A stretch of DNA of 32,000 nucleotides from Haloferax volcanii DS2 (GTDB lineage: Archaea > Halobacteriota > Halobacteria > Halobacteriales > Haloferacaceae): contig NC_013967.1 of NCBI RefSeq assembly GCF_000025685.1, positions 1,020,001-1,052,000 on the forward strand, given 5' to 3'. A program made the translations under genes and the position numbers. Of this stretch, positions 8,819 to 17,335 are shown piece after piece (positions within the stretch are counted from its first letter, which is position 1; each line of letters starts with the position of its first letter). The notes beneath the pieces are model-generated. The model searched no databases, was not told the DNA's origin, and was given only the letters and a program-made list of their open reading frames with translations.

Positions 8819-9697
8819 ATGCAAGCTCTGGTCATCGTGGCGCACGGGTCGCACCTGAACCCGGATTCGAGCGCCCCCACCTACGACCACGCGGACACGG
8901 TCCGCGAGGCGGGCGCGTTCGACGAGGTACGGACCGGCTTCTGGAAGGAAGAGCCGTCTATCCGCGAGGTGCTCCGGACCGTCGAGGCCGACGAGGTGTA
9001 CGTCGTCCCGCTTTTCATCAGCGAGGGCTACTTCACGGAGCAGGTCATCCCGCGGGAACTCCGCCTCGACGGGTGGGACGTGGCCGACTGGGACTCCGAC
9101 GGCCTGTCGGCGTCGCACGTCACCCTCACCGCGAGCGACGTGCCCGAGAAGACGATTCACTACTGCGGGCCGGTCGGGACGCACGCGGCGATGACCGAGG
9201 TGTTGGTCCGCCGGGCCGAGACGGTCACCGGCGACCCGAACGTCGGTGAGGGCTTCGGCCTCGCCGTCGTCGGCCACGGGACCGAGCGCAACGAGAACTC
9301 CGCGAAGGCAATCGAGTACCACGCCGACCGCATCCGCGAGATGGACCGCTTCGACGAGGTGCAGGCGCTCTACATGGACGAGGAACCCGAGGTCGACGAC
9401 GTGACCGACTACTTCGACTCCGAGGACGTGGTCGTCGTCCCGCTGTTTATCGCCGACGGCTTCCACACCCAGGAGGACATCCCGGAGGACATGGGCCTGA
9501 CCGACGACTACCGAACGGGCTACGACGTGCCCGCCGAGGTCGAGGGCCACCGAATCTGGTACGCCGGCGCGGTCGGCACCGAGGGGCTCATGGCCGACGT
9601 GGTACTCGAACGCGCGGCCGACGCGGGTGCCGACATCGGGAACAGCCTCGAAGTCGTGCGCGAACGCACCCGGAAGACGCCGCAGGAGGCGAACTGA
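8819..9697 (+). CDS. cbiX: sirohydrochlorin chelatase, long two-domain CbiX type
   Basis: Two repeated CbiX halves: VIVAHGSHLNP...VYVVPLFISEGYFT and LAVVGHGTERNENS...VVVVPLFIADGFHTQEDIP. Confidence 0.85.
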   Translation: MQALVIVAHGSHLNPDSSAPTYDHADTVREAGAFDEVRTGFWKEEPSIREVLRTVEADEVYVVPLFISEGYFTEQVIPRELRLDGWDVADWDSDGLSASHVTLTASDVPEKTIHYCGPVGTHAAMTEVLVRRAETVTGDPNVGEGFGLAVVGHGTERNENSAKAIEYHADRIREMDRFDEVQALYMDEEPEVDDVTDYFDSEDVVVVPLFIADGFHTQEDIPEDMGLTDDYRTGYDVPAEVEGHRIWYAGAVGTEGLMADVVLERAADAGADIGNSLEVVRERTRKTPQEAN

Positions 9698-10869
9698 TGG
9701 GGCACCACCGCGACGCCCTCGTCGACGCCGCGGCGACCGGCGACGGCGTTTCGCTCGACGGGCTCACCGTCGCCCCCGACGGCGACGGCGGGTTCCGCCT
9801 CGAAACGCCCGACGCGACGCTCTCGGGGCTCACCGAAGACGGACTCCGCGAGGCTCTCGACGACTGCGACGACTACGCGACGAACTGGTACTTCTGGTCC
9901 GAGGTCGTCGGCGAGTCCAGCCCGCAGCGACGGGCGTTCCTCCGCTGGGTCGAGGGCGCGGTGGTCGATGCGGGCGGTGACGGCGATGGAGACGGAGTCG
10001 GCGGCGACAACGACGCCGACGCTGACGCCGACGCCGCTTCGGTCCCCGAGCGCTACGACGCCCTCCGAGACGGCGTCAGCCGCGAGTGGGGCCAACTGCT
10101 CGTCACGGTCACCGTCGACGACCACGGCGAGCGCTCCTACGAACTCCGCCACGCCGACGAGGCCGCCGCCGACCGCGACGACCTCGACGCCTACCACGAA
10201 CCGCTCGCGGCCCGCCAGTTGGCGACTTACGACGAGAAGGGGCGGTACCGCCCGCTGAAGTCCGGCAGCAACCTCGCCGGCGGCTGGCTGTTCCCCGCCC
10301 TCGACGGCTGCGACCTCGTGGAGACCGTCGAGACGTTCTACCCCGCGTCGGTGCCGAACTGGTACCGCGAGCGCCGGGGCGAACTCGACGTGACCCACTG
10401 GGAGGACGCTATCGGCCGTCAGACCGGGATGTACAGCGTCGTGAAGACGTGGAACCGCGGCGACGGCCACGAACACGTCGACTGGGTCGCGGAGGCCTGC
10501 TGCGCCGACAGCCAGTGCGTCAAGCGCCGCGAGTGGCAGTACGACGACGACACCGACCTCGACGTCGACGGCGGCGACGGCGCGTTCCCGTGCCGCGAGC
10601 CGTGTTCCGTCGTCATCGCGGCGTCCCGCAAGTGGACGCGGCTGGAGGGCGAGGAGACCCAGACCTACGAGTTCGAACTCACGCCCTCGGAGAAACAACA
10701 GGTCGAAGACATCATCGACGCCGTCGCGGACGGCCGCATCGACGACATCCGCGAGGCCGACGTGTACGAGGGCGCGAACCGTTACCGGGCGCGGTTCCTG
10801 CGCGCGAAACTGTTCGACGACGACGGCAACCTCGGCGGCGTCCCGACCGACGCGCCCGACGACGAGTAG
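9697..10869 (+). CDS. DR2241-family protein (Cys-cluster domain), CbiX-associated
   Basis: Its ATG shares one base with the cbiX TGA (TGATG at 9695-9699). The Cys cluster is EACCADSQCVKRREW...FPCREPCSV. I recall DR2241-family genes as frequent neighbours of haloarchaeal cbiX, but this is from memory and unchecked. Confidence 0.7.
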   Translation: MGHHRDALVDAAATGDGVSLDGLTVAPDGDGGFRLETPDATLSGLTEDGLREALDDCDDYATNWYFWSEVVGESSPQRRAFLRWVEGAVVDAGGDGDGDGVGGDNDADADADAASVPERYDALRDGVSREWGQLLVTVTVDDHGERSYELRHADEAAADRDDLDAYHEPLAARQLATYDEKGRYRPLKSGSNLAGGWLFPALDGCDLVETVETFYPASVPNWYRERRGELDVTHWEDAIGRQTGMYSVVKTWNRGDGHEHVDWVAEACCADSQCVKRREWQYDDDTDLDVDGGDGAFPCREPCSVVIAASRKWTRLEGEETQTYEFELTPSEKQQVEDIIDAVADGRIDDIREADVYEGANRYRARFLRAKLFDDDGNLGGVPTDAPDDE

Positions 10870-10926
10870 GCCGCGCCGCGAGCGCTCTGCGTTTCGTTTT
10901 CCGATGCCGTCACCGCATCGTTAGCG

Positions 10927-11508
10927 TCACCGCATCGTCAGCACCAGCGCCGCGAGGACGCCGACGACGACGACGCCGGCCCCGAGGGTGATGGCGAAGC
11001 TCTCGAACACCGAGGCGAGCGCCACCGCGAGGACGAGCGCGACGAGCGCGAGGCCGAAAAGCGGGGCGGCCCGCGGGTCGACGCTCGGGAACACGTCGGC
11101 GATGCTCTCGGTCACGCTCGGCTCGGGTGCGGGCTGTTTCGGCTTCGACAGCGTCTCGTCCACGTCGACCGGCGGTTTGCCGCCGGAGCCGGGTTCGACG
11201 GTCACGTCGACGTATCTCGTCTCCGAGCCGTGGCCCGAGACGATTTTGAGCTTCCCCGACACCGGCTCGGACGGCTGGGTGACGAACACCTCTACGGTCT
11301 TGGTCTGGTCGCCGTCGACGAAGTGGTTCCCTTCGGACAGGCTCGCCGCGCGCGAGAGTTCGTCGTCGATGTGCAGGTGGACGTGCACCGCCTGCCCCTC
11401 GTTCGCGAGTTCGACCGAGAACGGCCCGTTCGTCGAGAACGACGGCGCTACCGAGAGGTCGTGCGGGCGCTCGTCGTTCAGCGTGACGGTGAGCGGCGCG
11501 TTCGACAC
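10927..11508 (-). CDS. hypothetical tail-anchored membrane protein (soluble beta-rich N-domain plus C-terminal hydrophobic segments)
   Basis: 193-aa ORF with no signal peptide. The C-terminus APLFGLALVALVLAVALASVFESFAITLGAGVVVVGVLAALVLTMR is hydrophobic. Composition is genome-typical. Confidence 0.7.
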   Translation of the reverse strand: MSNAPLTVTLNDERPHDLSVAPSFSTNGPFSVELANEGQAVHVHLHIDDELSRAASLSEGNHFVDGDQTKTVEVFVTQPSEPVSGKLKIVSGHGSETRYVDVTVEPGSGGKPPVDVDETLSKPKQPAPEPSVTESIADVFPSVDPRAAPLFGLALVALVLAVALASVFESFAITLGAGVVVVGVLAALVLTMR

Positions 11509-11563
11509 GGCTTCACCGTCGAGACGAGAATAGAAAAACGTTCAGGTCCGATGAGGTGTCCCC

Positions 11564-11749
11564 TCAGTCGTCTCGCATGTCCGGCGGTAGGAGGTTCGGG
11601 ATGCCGTCCTCGATGGGGTACACCTCGCCGGTGACCGTACCGATGAGCCGCCCCTCGATGATTTCGTCGCCGTCGCGCTCGTCGACTTCCAGCTCGAGTT
11701 CGCTCTTGTCGAGGGGGTCACAGAGGATGTCCATCAGGGATTCTTTCAT
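11564..11749 (-). CDS. Trm112-family small protein (methyltransferase activator-like)
   Basis: 61 aa. MDILCDPLDKSELE...GEVYPIEDGIPNLLPPD matches the Trm112/DUF343 pattern (ILxCP...YPIxDGIPxLL). Confidence 0.75.
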   Translation of the reverse strand: MKESLMDILCDPLDKSELELEVDERDGDEIIEGRLIGTVTGEVYPIEDGIPNLLPPDMRDD

Positions 11750-11857
11750 CGTCGTGACGGTGGATTGCGCGAAGTAAAAGCGTACGGGTTCGCCGCCGTC
11801 GCCGCGGTGGTCGGTGGACGGCGGAGGGCCGTCATCGGTCGGCCGACAGCGCGGCGC

Positions 11858-13189
11858 TCAGTCGTCGAACGGGTTTTCGATGTGGACCGTCTGCTCGCGG
11901 CCGGGGCCGACGCCGACGGCGTAAATCGGCACGTCGAGTTCGTCCGAGAGGTATTCGAGGTAGTCCTGTGCGGCGTCGGGGATGGCGTCGTAGCCCTCCT
12001 CGGCGACGGCCGCCCAGTCCACTTCGGGCCACGTGTCGAACTCCTTGAGGACGGGTTCGCACTCGCCCCAGCGCTCGGTCGTCGCGGGCATCGTCAGGCG
12101 TTCCTCGCCCTCCAGTTCGTAGGCGTGGCCGACTTTGACCTCGTCGAGGCCGGCGAGCACGTCGAGGTGGTTGACGGCGATGCCGGTGAAGCCGCTGACG
12201 CGGGCGGCGTGGCGGAGCATCGGCATGTCGAGCCAGCCGATACGGCGCGGGCGGCCGGTGACGGTGCCGAACTCGCCGCCCTTCTCGCGGATGAACTCCG
12301 CGAGCTCCTCGTCGCGGTCGTCGCCTTTCAGCTCGGTCGGCATCGGGCCCTCGCCCACGCGGGAGAGATACGATTTGACGATGCCGACGACCTCGCCCTG
12401 TCCGACGACGGTCGGACCGACGCCGGTGCCGGTGGCCGCGCCGCCCGCGGTCGGGTTCGAGGAGGTCACGTACGGGTAGCTCCCGTGGTCGATGTCGATG
12501 AGCGTGCCCTGCGCGCCCTCGAACATCACGTTGTCGCCGGCCTCGCGGCGCTCGGCGAGGAAGTCGCCGCAGTTGACGGCCATGTCGTCCTCGCGGAGGC
12601 GGCGGCCGATTTCGGTGTACTCCTCGACGAGCGCTTCCACGTCGCACTCCTCGCCGGCTTCGAGGCCGTACACGTCCTCGATGAGCGCTTTCTTCTGGGG
12701 AACGACGTACTCCAGTCGCTGGCGGAGCACGTCGGGGTCGAGCAGGTCGCCGACGCGGATGCCGCGGCGGCCCGCCTTGTCCTCGTAGGTGGGGCCGATG
12801 CCGCGGCCGGTCGTGCCGACGGTGAGGTCCGAGTCGGCCTTCGCCTCCTCTTCGATGTTGTCGAGGCGGCGGTGGTACGGCATGATGACGTGCGCGCGCT
12901 TGGCGAGGCGCACGTCGGGGTCGAGGCCGCGCTCGCGAAGGTCGTCGATTTCGGAGAACAGCGTCCGCGGGTTGATGACGCAGCCGTTTCCGAGCACGCC
13001 GATTTTGTCGCGGACGGCCCCGCTCGGGACGAGCGACAGCTTGTACTCCTCGCCGTCTTCGACGACGGTGTGGCCGGCGTTGTCGCCGCCCTGATAGCGG
13101 ACGACGATATCAGCGTCGCCGCCCCACAGGTCGACGAGCGCGCCTTTGCCCTCGTCGCCGAGTTGCGAACCGACGATGGTAACAGTCAT
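11858..13189 (-). CDS. purA: adenylosuccinate synthase
   Basis: N-terminal P-loop GSQLGDEGKGALVD, plus YQGGDNAGHTV and GTTGRGIGPTYEDK motifs. Confidence 0.95.
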   Translation of the reverse strand: MTVTIVGSQLGDEGKGALVDLWGGDADIVVRYQGGDNAGHTVVEDGEEYKLSLVPSGAVRDKIGVLGNGCVINPRTLFSEIDDLRERGLDPDVRLAKRAHVIMPYHRRLDNIEEEAKADSDLTVGTTGRGIGPTYEDKAGRRGIRVGDLLDPDVLRQRLEYVVPQKKALIEDVYGLEAGEECDVEALVEEYTEIGRRLREDDMAVNCGDFLAERREAGDNVMFEGAQGTLIDIDHGSYPYVTSSNPTAGGAATGTGVGPTVVGQGEVVGIVKSYLSRVGEGPMPTELKGDDRDEELAEFIREKGGEFGTVTGRPRRIGWLDMPMLRHAARVSGFTGIAVNHLDVLAGLDEVKVGHAYELEGEERLTMPATTERWGECEPVLKEFDTWPEVDWAAVAEEGYDAIPDAAQDYLEYLSDELDVPIYAVGVGPGREQTVHIENPFDD

Positions 13190-13389
13190 ACGTCGGCCGT
13201 TCCCCGCGCCGGACTAAACAGATTACGGTCGCGGCCGACGAGAAATGCACGTTCATGTCTAATTATCGCAGAACCATCGAGGAATACGCCATGAACACGC
13301 ATTGGCGTGGCGACGGATAACACAACGGTTAATTAGTGTCCTCGTTAAGGTCGCGTTATCTCATTTTTTCGCCGGCTCGGAGGGCAAGG

Positions 13390-13396
13390 CTTAAAG
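13390..13396 (+). promoter_or_regulatory. TATA-like box (CTTAAAG) for the 13423 wHTH gene
   Basis: Centred about 30 nt upstream of ATG 13423, inside a conspicuously AT-rich divergent intergenic region (13190-13422). Confidence 0.3.
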
Positions 13397-13422
13397 CCTC
13401 CCAAGAAGAGTTAACAAATGGC

Positions 13423-13728
13423 ATGATAGACCGACTTGAGAAGGAAGTCGATATGTTGGAGCGCCATCTCCAGGTCCTGAAGATGGTTATCGAAAGTGAG
13501 CCGATCGGCATCGTGAAGATGTCCAACGAGACGGGCTACCCGCACCACAAGGTTCGCTATTCCCTCCGCGTTCTCGAAGAAGAGAACCTCATCGAGCCCT
13601 CCAGCCAGGGCGCAATCACCACCGAGCGCACCCAGGAGTTCGTCGACGAACTCGACGACAAGCTCGACGAAATCGTCGGCAAGCTCGAATCGATGAAAAT
13701 CGAGGAAGCGGCCGAAATCGAGAACTAA
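13423..13728 (+). CDS. small winged-helix transcription regulator, widely conserved in Euryarchaeota
   Basis: Internal ATG of the listed 13336..13728 ORF. Translation begins MIDRLEKEVDMLERHLQVLKMVIESEPIGIVKMSNETGYPHHKVRYSLRVLEEENLIEPS, a wHTH pattern. The gene is visibly less GC-rich than its neighbours. Confidence 0.75.
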   Translation: MIDRLEKEVDMLERHLQVLKMVIESEPIGIVKMSNETGYPHHKVRYSLRVLEEENLIEPSSQGAITTERTQEFVDELDDKLDEIVGKLESMKIEEAAEIEN

Positions 13729-13993
13729 CCACACTTCAGGCGCACGCGGTCGTTCTATCCTGTTTCGTCCGACGAGTCTCTCCGGGCACGACATCGGACC
13801 GACCGCGTTAGCGACGCTTCGACGCGGTCGGAACCGAACGGTACCGACCCGACACCACGGACACTCGCCGCGGACGCTCTCCGAGCCCCGCGGTCGTTTC
13901 ACTATTGCTTCGTACCGCCGACAGCCGCGGCGAACCGCGGACACAAACTAACACAGCGACAGCGACCGCGACGACGGTCGAATCGGGGCCGAC

Positions 13994-16267
13994 TCAGAGG
14001 TCGGGCACGTTCAGGTGGAACTCGCCACCCCGCGCTTCGACCAGACAGAGATGGTAGCCCTGTTTCCGCGAGAGCTTCACGAAGCTCTTGCGTTTCGACC
14101 GACTCAGGAGACCGCCGCCGGTCTCCTCGGTCGCGGCCTCCAGCGCCCCCGGCTCGAAGAAGCTCTTCGTGACCATGAACGCCGAGCCGAGCGTCTCCTT
14201 CGCGTTGGCGACGCCCTTCGAGTCTTTGATGAGTTGGGTGACCATCGGCCGGGTCGCCGGGTCCCGCGAGTCGTTCAGGTTCGCCACGAACAGCGGCTCG
14301 CCCATCTGGTCGCGGACGATGATGTCGAACTGCCGGGACTCGGCTTCGCCGTCGCCGAGGGGTATCGAGACGCTCCCGTACAGTTCGATTCGGTCGGCCT
14401 TCGGAATCGAGTCGAAGACGCCCGCGAGGCTCGACCGGTTGCCCGTCTCGCCGATTTCGTAGAGCAGGTCGGTGACGACCCACTTGGCGAAGCCGTACTC
14501 GGGCGTCTCGTGGAGGAACTCCTCGTAGGGCTGGCCGTCGATGCCGAGCCCCTCCGTGTCGAACGTGGTGTGGTGTTCGAGCCGGAGGTTCTCGACGACC
14601 TCCTCGCGGGAGGCCTGCCCGTCGTGGGCTTTCTCCAGCGTCGCCTCGCCCTTACGGGCGTAGCGGACGAACAGGTTCGTCCCGCGGAGCGCCTCGTCGG
14701 CCGACATCGAGCGGTCGGTCGACCGAAGCCCCGCCTCGTCGAGCTGTCCCCGAAGCCGTTCGACCTCGGATTCGAGTTCGGCGACGCGGTCTGCCAGCTC
14801 CTCGGCGCGCGAGCGGTGTTCGTCGCGCTCCTCGCGGAGTGAGTCGCGCTCGGATTCGAGCCGGTCGCGCTCCGACTCCAGCGCCTCGACCTGCTCTTTC
14901 AGCGACTCGGCTTCCGCCGGGTCGACGGCGGGCTCGTCCGGCGTCCCGTCGGCCGGCTGGGCCTGCCGCTGGTTCGGCCGCTGGCTCTGGTCTTGCGGCG
15001 ACGCCCGCGATTCGCCCTGTGACTGCCGGCGATGCGTCGCCTGCGTCGTGTTCCGCTGGTGGCTTCGAGGCGTCCCGGGGCGGCCGTCGACGGACTCACC
15101 CTCGGCGTCGCGGGGGTCGAGCGACGGAATCGACCGGGCGTTTCGCCACTGCGCCTCGGCGGAGAACACGTCGTCGCCGGTCGCGCCGCCCTCCGGGTCC
15201 GGGTCCGGGTCCGGAGACGCCGCCTCGCCGTTCTTCTGTGGGGCGTCGGTGACGACCGGTCCCTCGCCTGTCGGCGGCCGCGACTCCTCCGGCACGGGCC
15301 GGCTCGTGGTCGACGCGGCCGCCTCGGTTGACTCCGGAGACCGCGACCCGCCCGGAGTCACAGACGGTCCGGACCCCGTCTCGGTCAACTCGTCGTCGGG
15401 GCTCGTCGACGCTGCCGGCTCGGCGTCGTCCGCGGTCGCGTCAGCCGCGGCCGCCGCGGGGTCCGGTTCTTCGTCGGCCGGAGCGTCGGCCATCGCCGGC
15501 TCGCTGTCGACGGATTCGCCGTCGTCGCTGTCTCCATCGTCATCGCCGTCACCGCCGGCGGGTTCGGGTGCGGTCTCGTCGACAGCGGTTGTCGCCCCCG
15601 ACTCGTCAGGGGCCGCCGGTTCGGGCTCCGGCTCCTCGGACGGGTCTGTCGCGTCGGTCTCGTCGTCCGCCGGAGCGACGCCGCCCGCGGTGGCTCCCGT
15701 CGCATCGTCGGCTTCCTCGTCGGAGTCGGCTTCGGGAATGTCGACGAGGTCGATGTCCACGTCGTAAACCTTGTAGATGCCAACCTCGTCGCTCGCGCGC
15801 TCGAACGCCTCGTCGCCGGTGATGAGCCGCTTGCTGTTGCCGACGAAGGCGGCGCTCATCGACTTCCCCCCGTGGTAGACGACGAAGTAGTCGCCCGAGA
15901 GCACGTTTTCGGACAGTTCGACGTAGCCGGTGAAGCCGCCCGACGAGAGCGTTCCGTTTGCGTCTTGCAGCGGCGTCTCCTCCGTGTAGTACTGCGCGCG
16001 GACGTCGCCGCCGGTCTCCTGCATCGCGTACAGAAGCGGCAGCGCTGGGTCCGGTGCGCGGTGCGCCTCGAACGATTCACCCTCGAAATCTGCAACCGCC
16101 CCGTCGAAAACGCCGAGGAGACGGCCGTTGAGCATGAATCCCCACGTCATGCCAGCGACGACGGCTCCTGTGAAGCCGTCGTCCGCGAGCGACCGGAGGC
16201 CACCGTAGCCTCGTTCGGCGGGCGCGGAGTCCCACCCGGTCACCGCGTCAATAATCTCGCTATCCAT
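13994..16267 (-). CDS. 757-aa hyperacidic multi-domain protein: tandem PATAN/DUF4388-like N-terminal modules, ~270-aa low-complexity linker, coiled coil, globular C-terminal domain
   Basis: Long ORF with genome-typical codon bias. Two N-terminal repeats fit G.L....GFTG.v......g.....G: GGLRSLADDGFTGAVVAGMTWGFMLNGRLLGVF and GTLSSGGFTGYVELSENVLSGDYFVVYHGGKSMSAAF. The coiled-coil heptads are LKEQVEALESERDRLESERDSLREERDEHRSRAEELADRVAELESEVERLRGQL. Function unknown. Confidence 0.85.
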   Translation of the reverse strand: MDSEIIDAVTGWDSAPAERGYGGLRSLADDGFTGAVVAGMTWGFMLNGRLLGVFDGAVADFEGESFEAHRAPDPALPLLYAMQETGGDVRAQYYTEETPLQDANGTLSSGGFTGYVELSENVLSGDYFVVYHGGKSMSAAFVGNSKRLITGDEAFERASDEVGIYKVYDVDIDLVDIPEADSDEEADDATGATAGGVAPADDETDATDPSEEPEPEPAAPDESGATTAVDETAPEPAGGDGDDDGDSDDGESVDSEPAMADAPADEEPDPAAAAADATADDAEPAASTSPDDELTETGSGPSVTPGGSRSPESTEAAASTTSRPVPEESRPPTGEGPVVTDAPQKNGEAASPDPDPDPEGGATGDDVFSAEAQWRNARSIPSLDPRDAEGESVDGRPGTPRSHQRNTTQATHRRQSQGESRASPQDQSQRPNQRQAQPADGTPDEPAVDPAEAESLKEQVEALESERDRLESERDSLREERDEHRSRAEELADRVAELESEVERLRGQLDEAGLRSTDRSMSADEALRGTNLFVRYARKGEATLEKAHDGQASREEVVENLRLEHHTTFDTEGLGIDGQPYEEFLHETPEYGFAKWVVTDLLYEIGETGNRSSLAGVFDSIPKADRIELYGSVSIPLGDGEAESRQFDIIVRDQMGEPLFVANLNDSRDPATRPMVTQLIKDSKGVANAKETLGSAFMVTKSFFEPGALEAATEETGGGLLSRSKRKSFVKLSRKQGYHLCLVEARGGEFHLNVPDL

Positions 16268-16400
16268 TTGGGGTTACATCACCGGAACCGAATCAAATAC
16301 TTTCCGGGCGAATCGAGCGAATGTTTAGCTCAGTTCACACTTCAGCGTGCCTGCTGTGACCGATTCGCTCGCCGCGGTCGGGACCGAGCCGGGAGAACGG

Positions 16401-16406
16401 TTATAC
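16401..16406 (+). promoter_or_regulatory. TATA-like box (TTATAC) for the methyltransferase gene
   Basis: Centred about 26 nt upstream of GTG 16430. This supports a leaderless start at 16430 rather than the long listed ORF. Confidence 0.3.
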
Positions 16407-16429
16407 GAGTCCGCCGAGACGGGTCGGTC

Positions 16430-17335
16430 GTGACCAGCCACGACGACCGGTTCGTCCACTACCTCCGCGCGAAGGAGCCCGTGGACGACCGCGCGCTCCA
16501 CCGACCGACGCTCGCGAGCCTCATCGACCGGCTGGAGGCGCGCGCCGAGTCGCGGTCGGGAGAGCCGCTCCGCGTCGTCTCGGTCGGGGCGGGGACGGGC
16601 GCGATGTGTCGACGGCTCCTCTCGTGGGGCGTCTTCGACGCGCACGACGAAATCAAGTACATCATGGTCGACCGCACGCGCGGGATGGCGGACAACGCGG
16701 CCGCGGCGTTCGCTGAGTGGGCGCGCGCCGCCGGCTGGACCGCCGAGCCGACGCCCGACGGCTTCCGCATCGAACGCCACGGCCGCAGCGTCTCGCTGAC
16801 CTACGTGACGAGCGACCTCTTCGAGGCGATGACGGTCCTCCCGAAGGCGATCGACCTCGTGGTCGCCCACGCGGTCCTCGACGTGCTCCCGCTCCGACGG
16901 GCGGTCGACGCGCTCCTCTCGCGGCTCACCGACGACGGCCTCTTTTACGCGCCCATCACGTTCGACGGTCGAACCGCGTTCCGCCCGAGCCACCCCGACG
17001 ACGACGCGGTGCTCGGCGCGTACCACGAGACGATGCGCGGCGGCGACCGCGCGGGACCGAACACCGGCTCCGACCTCCTGTCGACCCTGCGGGAACTCGG
17101 CGCGCCGGTCGTCGCGGCCGGCGGCTCGGATTGGGTCGTCCACCCGCCGCACGACGACGAGGCGCGAATCTTCCTCGACCGAATCCTCGGCTTCGTCGAG
17201 GAATCCGTCGGAGAGTCGGCCGCGGTCGACCGCGCGACGCTCGACGGGTGGCTCGACGCCCGACACGACGCCCTCGCGGGCGACGAACTCGCGTACGTCG
17301 CTCACAACCTCGACGTGTTGGCCGAACTCGACTGA
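16430..17335 (+). CDS. class I SAM-dependent methyltransferase with a C-terminal extension domain
   Basis: From GTG 16430 the protein reads MTSHDDRFVHYL.... SAM motif I is LRVVSVGAGTGAM and the post-I acidic residue lies in IMVDRT. The listed ORF start at 15872 would run antisense through the 757-aa gene. Confidence 0.8.
   Translation: MTSHDDRFVHYLRAKEPVDDRALHRPTLASLIDRLEARAESRSGEPLRVVSVGAGTGAMCRRLLSWGVFDAHDEIKYIMVDRTRGMADNAAAAFAEWARAAGWTAEPTPDGFRIERHGRSVSLTYVTSDLFEAMTVLPKAIDLVVAHAVLDVLPLRRAVDALLSRLTDDGLFYAPITFDGRTAFRPSHPDDDAVLGAYHETMRGGDRAGPNTGSDLLSTLRELGAPVVAAGGSDWVVHPPHDDEARIFLDRILGFVEESVGESAAVDRATLDGWLDARHDALAGDELAYVAHNLDVLAELD

Noticed and set aside
13255-13320. 21-aa micro-ORF (MSNYRRTIEEYAMNTHWRGDG) in the purA/wHTH spacer
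   Set aside because: It is basic and short, lies in an AT-rich promoter region where ATG and stop codons are frequent by chance, and has no supporting motif.
13798-13830. 9-bp perfect-stem hairpin (CCGACCGCG-15nt-CGCGGTCGG) in the convergent spacer after the wHTH gene; also CCGCCG-CGTT-CGGCGG at 21227-21242
   Set aside because: These could be 3'-end structures. However, archaeal termination mainly uses T-tracts, none is adjacent, and GC-rich stems of this size are expected by chance in such DNA. There is not enough support to call terminators.
15195-15212. (GGGTCC)x3 tandem repeat
   Set aside because: It lies within the coding low-complexity linker and encodes PDPDPD on the minus strand. 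It may vary in length but is not an independent feature.
15048-15767. 239-aa Ser/Ala/Gly-rich plus-strand ORF
   Set aside because: It is the antisense reading of the Asp/Glu/Pro low-complexity linker of the 757-aa gene. A mirror-image low-complexity ORF is not independent evidence of coding.
15872-16429. Long N-terminal extension of the methyltransferase ORF
   Set aside because: It would run antisense through the 5' end of the 757-aa gene and across the divergent promoter region. The composition is atypical. A TATA-like box sits at the correct distance from GTG 16430.
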